From the NCBI GenBank assembly GCA_963796455.1, contig CAWCLO010000001.1, positions 1-64,000 of the forward strand: a DNA stretch of 64,000 nucleotides, in the 5' to 3' direction. Under the pieces are notes generated by a model. The model did no database searches. It had not been told where the DNA came from and saw nothing but the letters and a program-made list of their open reading frames with translations. This stretch comes from Candidatus Sulfomarinibacteraceae bacterium. GTDB taxonomy: Bacteria; Acidobacteriota; Thermoanaerobaculia; Thermoanaerobaculales; Sulfomarinibacteraceae. A program made the translations under genes and the position numbers. Below, piece by piece: positions 1-8,900 of this stretch; positions within the stretch are counted from its first letter, which is position 1, and each line of letters opens with the position of its first letter.

Positions 1-1
1 G

Positions 2-1924
2 AATTCACGCTTTCCCCCCGAAATGGTCAAGGGTGTGTCGATGATCCTCGACGAAGTCGGCGACAAGCCCTTGATCGTTCGCTCCTCGAGTCTGCTCGAG
101 GACCGTATGGGGTCCGCCTTTTCGGGCAAATACCGCAGTTTGTTTCTCGCCAACCAGGGCACGAAAAACGACCGAATGCGCGCGATTCTGGACGCCATCA
201 CCGAGGTCTATGCCTCGGTATTCGGTCCCGATCCCATCGCCTATCGCCACGAGCGCGATCTGCTCGATTTTCACGAAGAGATGGCGATCCTGGTCCAGGA
301 GGTGGTGGGCACCCGGCTCGGAGACTACTTCCTACCGGCTGTTGCCGGGGTGGCTTTCTCCAACAACGAATTTCGCTGGTCGCCCAGAATTCGGCGTTCG
401 GATGGTCTCATTCGGATGGTTCCGGGTCTGGGGACCAGGGCGGTCGACCGCGTCGGCAACGACTATCCGATCCTTGCGGTTCCTGGTCAGCCCGGTCTGC
501 GGGTCAACACCACAATTGACGAGGTGGTCCGCTACTCACCGCGTTCGATCGATGTCCTCAACCTGAAGACCGAGAGTTTCGAGACCCTCGAGATCGATGA
601 ACTGTTACGGCAGCACGGAACGAATTACCCCGCATTCGAAAAGGTTTTTTCACTTCTGAAAGACGAGGTGTTGGCAAAGCCCGTCGCCCTGCTTGTGGAT
701 CCGCAGCGCGATGATCTCGTCGCCGATCTCGGCGGTCTCGTCAACTCGACTCCCTTCGTCAAACATGTCGGAAACATCCTCAAGATCCTCGAGGAGGAGT
801 TGGGAACCCCGGTCGACATCGAGTTCGCACACGACGGCCAGGACTTCTACCTCCTGCAATGCCGGCCGCAGAGCTTTGCCGACGAAGACGCCCCAGCGCC
901 TATTCCAAAAGACGTCCCGGAAGAAGACACCCTGTTTTCGGCCCACCGCCACGTGTCCAATGGGCACGTGCCCGATCTGAGCCATGTCGTTTATGTCGAC
1001 CCCGAGGCTTACGCCTCGCTGCGGGAACGAAGCGATCTCCTGGCCGTCGGTGAGGCCATTGGAAAACTCAACAAACTCCTGCCGAAGCGACAGTTCGTGC
1101 TGATCGGCCCCGGGCGGTGGGGCAGCCGCGGCGATATCAAACTCGGCGTGAGCGTCACCTATTCCGACATCAACAACACCGCGATGCTGGTGGAGATCGC
1201 CCGCAAGACGGGCGACTATCTTCCGGATTTGAGCTTTGGCACACATTTCTTTCAGGATCTGGTCGAATCAGAAATCCGTTACCTCCCCCTCTACCCCGAC
1301 GACGACGGCTTTCTCAACATGCCCCTTCTGCACGGGGCCCGGAATCTCTTTGCTGCAATGTTGCCCCAGTATGCGCACCTCGAAGACACCATCCGGGTCA
1401 TCGACATCCCTTCGTCGAGCGACGGGAGAATCCTCCGCGTATTGATGAACTCGGAACTCAACGAGGCCCTCGCCATCGTGACCGAGGCTGGAGATCAACC
1501 CCCGCGGGGTCAGGTGAGTCTCTCAGGCCCGTCGAAGCGTGAGACCGAAAGTTACTGGCGGTGGCGCATGCAGATGTCGGAAAAAATCGCCTCGGAGATC
1601 GACCCCGAAAGATTCGGGGTGGCTGCAATGTACGTCATCGGCAGCACAAAGAACGCGAGCGCCGGACCGGCAAGCGATATCGATCTCCTCATTCACTTCA
1701 GGGGCGATGCATCGCAACGCAGTGATCTCGAAAGCTGGCTCGAAGGCTGGAGTCTGGCACTCGGAGAGATCAACTATCTGCGAACCGGTTACACGAACCG
1801 CGATCTGCTCGATATCCACCTCATCAGTGATGAGGACATCGAAAAAAGCACCAGCTTCGCGGCCAAGATCGACGCCATCACCGATGCAGCCCTGCAACTC
1901 CAGATCGGCATGCCGGCAGAATAA
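2..1924 (+). CDS. PEP/pyruvate-binding (PPDK_N, PEP-synthase-like) domain protein with C-terminal nucleotidyltransferase domain; 5' truncated by window edge
   Basis: PLIVRSSSLLED..AFSGKY and PVDIEFA..FYLLQCRP motifs; C-terminal VIGS..ASDIDLLIH Pol-beta-type NTase motif; frame open from position 2. Confidence 0.8.
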   Translation, partial: NSRFPPEMVKGVSMILDEVGDKPLIVRSSSLLEDRMGSAFSGKYRSLFLANQGTKNDRMRAILDAITEVYASVFGPDPIAYRHERDLLDFHEEMAILVQEVVGTRLGDYFLPAVAGVAFSNNEFRWSPRIRRSDGLIRMVPGLGTRAVDRVGNDYPILAVPGQPGLRVNTTIDEVVRYSPRSIDVLNLKTESFETLEIDELLRQHGTNYPAFEKVFSLLKDEVLAKPVALLVDPQRDDLVADLGGLVNSTPFVKHVGNILKILEEELGTPVDIEFAHDGQDFYLLQCRPQSFADEDAPAPIPKDVPEEDTLFSAHRHVSNGHVPDLSHVVYVDPEAYASLRERSDLLAVGEAIGKLNKLLPKRQFVLIGPGRWGSRGDIKLGVSVTYSDINNTAMLVEIARKTGDYLPDLSFGTHFFQDLVESEIRYLPLYPDDDGFLNMPLLHGARNLFAAMLPQYAHLEDTIRVIDIPSSSDGRILRVLMNSELNEALAIVTEAGDQPPRGQVSLSGPSKRETESYWRWRMQMSEKIASEIDPERFGVAAMYVIGSTKNASAGPASDIDLLIHFRGDASQRSDLESWLEGWSLALGEINYLRTGYTNRDLLDIHLISDEDIEKSTSFAAKIDAITDAALQLQIGMPAE

Positions 1925-1951
1925 CCACAGAACCAAAGAGACGAGCCATCT

Positions 1952-2810
1952 CGTCGCAACCACCAAGACACCAAGGCACGAAGACATCGCGAAGCAGCAC
2001 AATTTGCCCGCAGATCACGCAGATAGACGCAGATGACGGCCTCAGCTTCCGGGTTGATCAACGCAAAGGCGCAGAGACGCAGAGGACTTCCCGGCAACAT
2101 CCCCAGTCCGGCGAGATCCTGGCCGTCCAGGGCGGCCAGGTACCGCTGGGTAAGGAAACCGCTCCAAAAACCAGCTTTCGTCACGGTTTCCTTACCCAGC
2201 GGCCTGCGCGACCGCGCAGGTCTCGCCTATCCCCTCCCCTTTCCTTCAATCAAGAATGGGGGTCTTCGATGCAAGGCAGATCCGGCATGCCGGAGGCGTG
2301 CCGGTCGGTGGGGAGCGGGGTGACTCCGAGCGCTGGCGATCGGAGGCGCCCCGCTTCTCACCGGCGACGGGCGATCGGAGATCGTCTGTCGATCTGCCGA
2401 CACTGATGGCAACACCGCACAAGCTCGCCAACCGAGCCTTTGCGTCTCTGCGTCTCTGCGTTCTTTGCGTTCTTTGCGGTTCAACCATGTGCACGCGAGA
2501 CGCGTGCACCACCATGGTGGTGCAGCCGTCCCGGCTGCACTCCGGTCATGCCTATGCGATGGCTTCTGTGTTCTTCTGTGTGTTCTGTGGGCCATTGCGC
2601 CAGCCCTCTGTGTTCCCTCTCTGTGTCTCCGTGCCTCTGTGGTTTTCTTGGTGTGACTCCTTCGTGCCTTTGTGTCTTCGTGTTTGCGACGAGAGCGAGC
2701 GCGATGGATCTGCGTCTATCTGCGTGATCTGCGGGCGTTCTCTCTCTCTGTGCCTCCGTGGTTTTCTCGGTGTGACGCCTTCGTGTCTTTGTGTCTTCGT
2801 AGTTGCGACG
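1952..2810 (+). repeat. Nested inverted-repeat non-coding element, copy 1 (homologous to 58835-59637)
   Basis: Perfect 29-bp IR at 2006-2034/2708-2736; outer 28/32 IR at 1952-1983/2779-2810; multi-hairpin core shared with copy 2. Confidence 0.85.
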
Positions 2811-2826
2811 GGGAAAGGCGCGTGAT

Positions 2827-3687
2827 CTAGATCAACTCGCGGGTGGCGTTGTCCAGATCTTTCAGATCAAAGCGCACCAGGGCGAGTTCGGGACCATCGT
2901 GGGCGGCTGAGAATGCGTGAGTGCGGCCGATGCGCTCGCGCCATTTGCCGGTGATCCGTGCCGACTCGTGGATATGGCCGTGAAGCGTGAGCAAGGGTTG
3001 CCGGTCTTCGATGAAGCGCTTGACGGCAATACTGCCGACATGAAGATCGAGCGGAACATGGTCCACCATCTGGCCATCGAGGGCGGCCCGGTCGAGGGCC
3101 GTTTGGTAAGGCGGTGAGTGAAAGAGCACCACCGTGTCCTCGAGATCCCGGCCCGCGGTCAACCGCTCCAGATCACCAGCGATGGTCCCATACCGAATTT
3201 CATCGGCATCAATCTGCACCGTGCGCTGTCCTTGCTCCGGTGATACGCAGCCGGGATCTGTGAACCTCGATACATCGTAGCGTTCCCAGTCTTTGAGCTG
3301 GAATGGAGTAGGAGGAACGTGTGAATAGCCGAGCACCGGATTTCCCGAGAAGGTGTCCCACACTTCGTGGAGGTAGCACCACAACCCCTCTACCTGACCC
3401 TTCTTGAATTCCTCTTCGCTCAACCGGTCGTCGTCGTTCCCCAATATCAGGAACACTTTCGGCTGATCGTCGCCGAGGCCGCGCCGGATGGTACGAAAGC
3501 CGGCGGCCAATACATCGGCCACGAAGTCGTCGCCGCCTCTCCGCATCGCCCAATGGTGCGGCAGCAGATCACCGCCGAGAAAGACTGCGGCGGGCCGATC
3601 CCGTTGGATGGCGTCAAATAATTTGAAATAGCGATCGTTCCGACCATGAAGATCGGATGCAAAAATGCAATGCGATCCCGAAGTCAC
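2827..3687 (-). CDS. Calcineurin-like metallophosphoesterase (Icc-related)
   Basis: SDLHG, GGDL, GNDD, FHSPP, HGHIHE motifs. Confidence 0.85.
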   Translation of the reverse strand: MTSGSHCIFASDLHGRNDRYFKLFDAIQRDRPAAVFLGGDLLPHHWAMRRGGDDFVADVLAAGFRTIRRGLGDDQPKVFLILGNDDDRLSEEEFKKGQVEGLWCYLHEVWDTFSGNPVLGYSHVPPTPFQLKDWERYDVSRFTDPGCVSPEQGQRTVQIDADEIRYGTIAGDLERLTAGRDLEDTVVLFHSPPYQTALDRAALDGQMVDHVPLDLHVGSIAVKRFIEDRQPLLTLHGHIHESARITGKWRERIGRTHAFSAAHDGPELALVRFDLKDLDNATRELI

Positions 3688-5243
3688 TGAATGCCGACAG
3701 CTACCCGGAAGGTGTCTCCCTGGAGCCAGGTCTCATGCACCTGTGCCCGGCTGTCCGCGAGGTCGATCACAATATAGATCGACGGCGGGTTCTCTTCGGG
3801 ATGGTGACCGATCCGGACCCGCTCCACTTCTTTCGAATCCACCAGGATCTCGTTGGGGCGGTAGAAGGTCTGGATCCCCTGGATGCGAATCCACACCCGG
3901 TCCGGGTCCTTGAGCCGCGAGACCTTGACCCGCCCTTCAAGAAACTGACCATTGCCGCGAATCCCGATCTGGGTCTTGTTGTCGATGATGGCGACACCCG
4001 CATCGACAATCTTGGTCGCCGTTCCATCGACCGCAGGAGGGACATCGGCCGGAACGAGTTCGCCGGTCGCCGACTGCGCGGCAGCTTCCTGCTGCACTTG
4101 TTGTTCCCGCTCTTGTGCAACCCCGTCGTTCGGAGAAGCCGCCATATCTGCGGCCAGAGGATCAACACCCTCGTCTCCAATCGCAGAATCCTCCTCCAGG
4201 ACCGCGCCGGGGCCAAGAAAATCTTGTGCGGTTTCATCGATTGCCGCCGGCTGTTCCACCGATGGCGCCCGGTACGTCACGATATCTTCCTTGAAACCGT
4301 CCGGGGTCCGGTTGACCACCCACAGCAATATCGCAGTACACAGGCCGAGCACCACCGCCACCGCGCCCAACGGTTTCCATCGGATATCTCTCAGTGGCCC
4401 GTTCTTTTCATGTGGTGACATGGTGACTCCCGGGTCCCCGGACATCTGTCGCATCGGTGTCGAATCGGGTTCGGAGCTCTGTGGCATCAAACTGATTTCA
4501 AGTTCTTCATCGCGTGGCAGCGACATGTCGTTGACGGACATGTCGTTAACGGCCGCTTCCAGCTGCGACAGATCGGGGCCGTCGAAGGCTGATTTCGGAG
4601 GATCGGGCTTGATCACATCAATTTTGATTGTCTCGGCCGGGACCGCATCATCGGCTTCAAAATCTTCGTCATCGTCCTGTGCGACTTCGGACAGCCATTC
4701 GGGCAATACATCGCCGGTCGGAGCCGCCGGCTCGGGTTCGGGATCGGGATCGGGTTCGGGCTGAAAAATGGGCGGCGGTTCAGGGGAAGAAATCGGAGGC
4801 GCCGGCGGTGGGCCGGCGAGCGCGTCCGTCGGGATATCGCCGGCTGATCCCGCACTTCGTCCGAGATCAAAGGCCTTGCCGCCGGTCGCGATGTGAAAAT
4901 CGACCAATTCGTCGACCACCTCTTTGCTCTGCTGGTTGACGTCGTCAAACCACAGCGCCATGCCCGGGTCTTCTTTTTTGTGGGTTTCGGGAGTCCGCGT
5001 CCACGCAACCACGCCCGTGCCTTCTGCGAGGGCAAAGCCCTCGGGGAGCAGAAAGCGGAAGCGAACGGCCGTGCCGCGAGGAAACGGGTCCTCGGTCCGC
5101 ACGAAGAAGCCCTCGTAGTTCAGGAAGGGCGCCATTTCTTCGCGGAATCTTCGCAACGTGGCGAATTCAAGATCCACGAGCGCCATGTCGCTCCGGTCGT
5201 CCTGGGTGTCGTCGCTTCCCTGTTGGATGTCGTCGAATGTCAT
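3684..5243 (-). CDS. TIGR02266/PilZ-like N-terminal domain membrane protein with C-terminal AMIN-like domain
   Basis: GFFVRTEDPFPRGTAVRFRF..GVVAWTR..PGMALWF; acidic Pro-rich linker; one TM helix; LKDPDRVWIRI..VERVRIGHH..IVIDL. Confidence 0.7.
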   Translation of the reverse strand: MTFDDIQQGSDDTQDDRSDMALVDLEFATLRRFREEMAPFLNYEGFFVRTEDPFPRGTAVRFRFLLPEGFALAEGTGVVAWTRTPETHKKEDPGMALWFDDVNQQSKEVVDELVDFHIATGGKAFDLGRSAGSAGDIPTDALAGPPPAPPISSPEPPPIFQPEPDPDPEPEPAAPTGDVLPEWLSEVAQDDDEDFEADDAVPAETIKIDVIKPDPPKSAFDGPDLSQLEAAVNDMSVNDMSLPRDEELEISLMPQSSEPDSTPMRQMSGDPGVTMSPHEKNGPLRDIRWKPLGAVAVVLGLCTAILLWVVNRTPDGFKEDIVTYRAPSVEQPAAIDETAQDFLGPGAVLEEDSAIGDEGVDPLAADMAASPNDGVAQEREQQVQQEAAAQSATGELVPADVPPAVDGTATKIVDAGVAIIDNKTQIGIRGNGQFLEGRVKVSRLKDPDRVWIRIQGIQTFYRPNEILVDSKEVERVRIGHHPEENPPSIYIVIDLADSRAQVHETWLQGDTFRVAVGIQ

Positions 5244-5395
5244 TTTTTGCCTTTCGGCCTTTCTCCTCGCCTTGACCCAACAATATCAGAAAACCACCGG
5301 ACTCAGACACCCAGATGACCCAAGTAGAGGACTCACCAGGGACCGAAAGCGCCGGGCGGCATGCGGATATCGATGGTGATATGGTTTCAATACCG

Positions 5396-6133
5396 ATGGT
5401 GAAGTCTTTTCTCGCCTGCTCCCTTCTCCTCTTTCTTCCCTTTGCGGCGTTCGCGTCCGAGGAAGAGGTCACACGGGTACCGGTCTACAACGGACACGCG
5501 TCGATTGAAGTTCCCGCGAGTTGGTACGAGGTGCCCGAGGAGGTGCTCGAGTTCTACAGCCTCAGATCGGCTGAATCGAGCGGTGGCCGGATGGCCGAGA
5601 TCTATCAGGTGGGTTTTCGTCCGGGAAGCCCGGAGCTGGACTTCGCGCTGCCCCAGGTTCTGATCCAGATTCGGGAAAGCGGGCGTCTGAAATACGGCCA
5701 GTTTCTGCACCTGCCAACCCTACAGTCTTTCCAGGATGTCAGCGGTGAGCGCATCGCGAGCCGTCGCGGTCCACTGATCAAACGACTCCACCTCGACGAG
5801 GTCGTTTTTGATCGTGAGGCTTTTGCCCTTCACCTGACGAACAGTCTCGATCTGAGGCTCGAGGGCGAAGCACTGGTGCACTCGGTGTCCTTTCTCACCG
5901 AACGTGGTCTCTTCACCATCCACTGCTACGCCCACGTCGCTCAGATGGGTGATATGGAGTCGATTTTTGCGGCGATCATCGACAGCGTGCGTCTCGATGA
6001 CGAGATCCGCTATCGCCCGCAATTCCGCGACCGATGGCCGCCAAGGCCTAGCACTCTGGCCTTTTCTGCCGCGGCAATATCGGCGCTCGTGATGATCATC
6101 CTGTATCTCGTGCAACGGCGCCGGCACTCGTGA
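5396..6133 (+). CDS. Hypothetical exported protein with C-terminal membrane anchor
   Basis: Signal-peptide-like N-terminus, C-terminal TM followed by RRRH; overlaps next gene (GTGA); start uncertain. Confidence 0.65.
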   Translation: MVKSFLACSLLLFLPFAAFASEEEVTRVPVYNGHASIEVPASWYEVPEEVLEFYSLRSAESSGGRMAEIYQVGFRPGSPELDFALPQVLIQIRESGRLKYGQFLHLPTLQSFQDVSGERIASRRGPLIKRLHLDEVVFDREAFALHLTNSLDLRLEGEALVHSVSFLTERGLFTIHCYAHVAQMGDMESIFAAIIDSVRLDDEIRYRPQFRDRWPPRPSTLAFSAAAISALVMIILYLVQRRRHS

Positions 6134-8535
6134 CCGTCACCATCGATCACAAGCTGCGTAGAATCCACGCCGGGGTCAGCGATCTCCTCGGGGAACCCGC
6201 CCAGCGCTCCATCGGGCTGACCGGCAGCGGGCTTTCGAGGTTGTGGATCGGCAGCGAGCTGCACCGCCGCATCCAGGCTGAACTCGAAGTCACCGAGCCC
6301 GGATATCAGAGCGAGGTCCCGGTCTCGATCGAACTCGAGTTCGACGGATGGACGCTGGAAATCTCAGGCCGTGCCGACGGAGTCGTGTCTTTGGACGAGC
6401 GGGTGGTCCGGGTCGATGAGATCAAAACGATGCACTTCGCGGTCGATCTCCACAATCTTTATGCCAACGAGCGCCTCGACCGATTTCGACGCCAGGCCGC
6501 GCTCTACGCACTCATATTGTCCGATGGTGCCGAGCCGGCCGCCGCGCGGTTGATCCTGGTCGACATCATCTCCCATGAAGAACGTGAGGAAGAGGTCGCG
6601 TGGGACCCCAAGTCCACCCTGGCATGGCTTCGCCAACAAACCCACAAGATCATCAGCAGCGAGGAGCGCCGTCTCAATCGGCTCGAAGAACTGCGTACCA
6701 TCGCTGACCAGATCGAGTTTCCCCACGAAGAGATGCGACCGGTGCAGGCCGATATCGGGGAGGCGGTCACCGACGCCATCGAGCACAGCCGTCATCTCCT
6801 GGTACGGGCGCCTACCGGGTGCGGAAAAACGGCTGCCGTGCTTCATCCCGCGATTCGATCGGCTCTCGCGCGAGGCCATCGGGTCTTCTTCTTGACCGCC
6901 AAGACCCTGCAACAGCGGATCGCGGTGGACACCGCCAATGCCATGCAGGAAGGGCTCTTTCGAAGCCTTCAGATGCGTGCGAAATCGAAAATGTGCGCCA
7001 ACACCGAGATCGTGTGCCATGAAGAGTTCTGTCCCTACGCGCGTGACTATGGGCTCAAGCTCGTCCAGACCAGCCTGTTGGAAAACCTGCTCGGCACCGA
7101 CGAACACCAGGACCCGGATCGCATCTTCGAAGCCGCAAAACAAAATACAATCTGTCCATTCGAAGTCAGTCTCGATCTCCTGCCGGAAGTCGATCTCATC
7201 GTCTGCGACTACAACTATGTCTTCGACCCGACCATCGGTCTGCGCGCCCTGCTCCACAGCGACGCGCTCCGCGATGCGGTTCTGATCATCGACGAAGCGC
7301 ACAATCTGGTTGATCGCAGCCGCGAATACTACTCACCCGAAATCACGACGATGGCCCTCGATCGGGCCCGGCAGTTCCTCGAACGACGGTCAAACGAGGT
7401 CTTCGACGAGCTCGCCGAGCTGGTCGAAGCGCTGCGCAACGAGGTGGACGACCGGGTTGCCGAGAGCCTGGGAGATGAACGCCACGACGAAGGCCCGGCC
7501 CATCTCCGACCGGAAATCATCTCGGATCTCCGGATCTCCTTCGATGGCGCCATCCTGAGCTATTTCCTCTACAAACGCGAACACAAGATGTGGTTGGCCG
7601 ACGATCCGGTGATGGACGTATTTCTCTCCTTGACCCGATTCCAACGGGTGCTGGCACTCGGCGGTGACGAGTTCGTCCACATCGCCGCCCGCAACATCGA
7701 CGAATCCGGCGGCAAGAAGCTCAAGATCTTCTGTCGCGACGCCTCACGATTCGTCGGTGAGATCCTCGACGCCAGCGCCTCCTCCATCGCCATGTCGGCG
7801 ACCCTGGAGCCCTTCGATTTTTATCGTGACCTGCTCGGCTTTGACGCCCATCGAACCGAGGAGCTCTACCTGCCCTCGCCCTTTCCGCCGGAAAACCGGA
7901 TGGTGATGGCCATCAGTGATGTGGACACGACCTACCGCCACCGTGCGAGCCACTACGACCGGATCGCCAACTGGATCTCGCGGCTCGCCCACCCCGGCCA
8001 CAACGTGCTCACCCTCTTTCCGAGTTATGTTTTTCTCGAGGCCGTGCACGATCGTCTGCCGCCGATGGCCCACCGGGTGATCGCGCAACGCCCGGGCGTC
8101 AGCGACGCCGAACAGGGCGAGGTCCTCGAGGCGCTCCGGTCAGGCGAGCCGCACGTCCTGCTGGCGGTGCTCGGCGGAATCTACGCCGAGGGTGTCGATT
8201 ATCCAGGCAACATGCTGTCGCAGGTCATCGTCGTGTCGCCAGGTCTGCCGCAATATAACCTCGAACGCGAGCTGCTCAAGGGTTATTACCAGGAGTTCTA
8301 CGAACACGGTTTTGCCTATGCCTATCTCGTGCCGGGTCTGACCCGGGTCGTTCAAGCGGCGGGGCGCCTGCTCCGCTCCGAACACGATCGCGGCGTGATC
8401 GTCGTCATGGGAAAACGTTTTCTCGATCCGCGCTACGCCCGATTGCTCCCCGAAGAGTGGACCTTCGGCGATCCCCGTTCGCTGATCTTCGACGATCCCG
8501 AACAAGCCGTAAAGGAATTCTTCGAGGAGGACTAA
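6130..8535 (+). CDS. DinG/XPD(Rad3)-family Fe-S helicase with N-terminal PD-(D/E)XK nuclease-like domain
   Basis: GRADGV..DEIKT nuclease motif; APTGCGKT; four Cys of the Fe-S domain; DEAH; QAAGRLLR. Confidence 0.9.
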   Translation: MTVTIDHKLRRIHAGVSDLLGEPAQRSIGLTGSGLSRLWIGSELHRRIQAELEVTEPGYQSEVPVSIELEFDGWTLEISGRADGVVSLDERVVRVDEIKTMHFAVDLHNLYANERLDRFRRQAALYALILSDGAEPAAARLILVDIISHEEREEEVAWDPKSTLAWLRQQTHKIISSEERRLNRLEELRTIADQIEFPHEEMRPVQADIGEAVTDAIEHSRHLLVRAPTGCGKTAAVLHPAIRSALARGHRVFFLTAKTLQQRIAVDTANAMQEGLFRSLQMRAKSKMCANTEIVCHEEFCPYARDYGLKLVQTSLLENLLGTDEHQDPDRIFEAAKQNTICPFEVSLDLLPEVDLIVCDYNYVFDPTIGLRALLHSDALRDAVLIIDEAHNLVDRSREYYSPEITTMALDRARQFLERRSNEVFDELAELVEALRNEVDDRVAESLGDERHDEGPAHLRPEIISDLRISFDGAILSYFLYKREHKMWLADDPVMDVFLSLTRFQRVLALGGDEFVHIAARNIDESGGKKLKIFCRDASRFVGEILDASASSIAMSATLEPFDFYRDLLGFDAHRTEELYLPSPFPPENRMVMAISDVDTTYRHRASHYDRIANWISRLAHPGHNVLTLFPSYVFLEAVHDRLPPMAHRVIAQRPGVSDAEQGEVLEALRSGEPHVLLAVLGGIYAEGVDYPGNMLSQVIVVSPGLPQYNLERELLKGYYQEFYEHGFAYAYLVPGLTRVVQAAGRLLRSEHDRGVIVVMGKRFLDPRYARLLPEEWTFGDPRSLIFDDPEQAVKEFFEED

Positions 8536-8551
8536 GGGCTTCGATCGCCTT

Positions 8552-8870
8552 CGCTATCGCTATCGCTATCGGAATCGCTATCGACAGAGAGTTTCCGGAT
8601 TGCAGCAGCGATCAGTCCACCCACACAAACCACGGAGCCACGAAGACACCGAGAGGGGCACAGAAGAGTTCTTGAGACCGGCGGCCGCAGATTCCGTGCC
8701 CGTCAACAAACCAGCCTCAAGAACGACAAATTCGAAATACTCTGTGCTGCGTTTGCGGGGCGGGTGGCCCGGCATCTAGCGTTTTCAAAGTCGTCGAATC
8801 GCAGTCGGATTCGACAGCGGATTTCAGACCGCCGCATTCGATAGCGATTCCGATAGCGATAGCGATAGCG
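8552..8870. repeat. Perfect 33-bp inverted repeat made of GCTATC hexamers, about 250-bp spacer
   Basis: CGCTATCGCTATCGCTATCGGAATCGCTATCGA at 8552-8584; exact reverse complement at 8838-8870. Confidence 0.95.
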
Positions 8871-8900
8871 GCGAACCGTCTCGGGATGCCCGGCGACTCC

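Noticed and set aside
2033..2825. ORFs within the repeat elements (also 33509-34122, 58723-59864)
   Set aside because: Low-complexity translations of tandem repeats; frames not conserved between copies
6130..6600. Cas4 / type IV CasDinG
   Set aside because: The nuclease domain lacks the Cas4 Cys cluster and is fused to a stand-alone helicase with no cas neighbours
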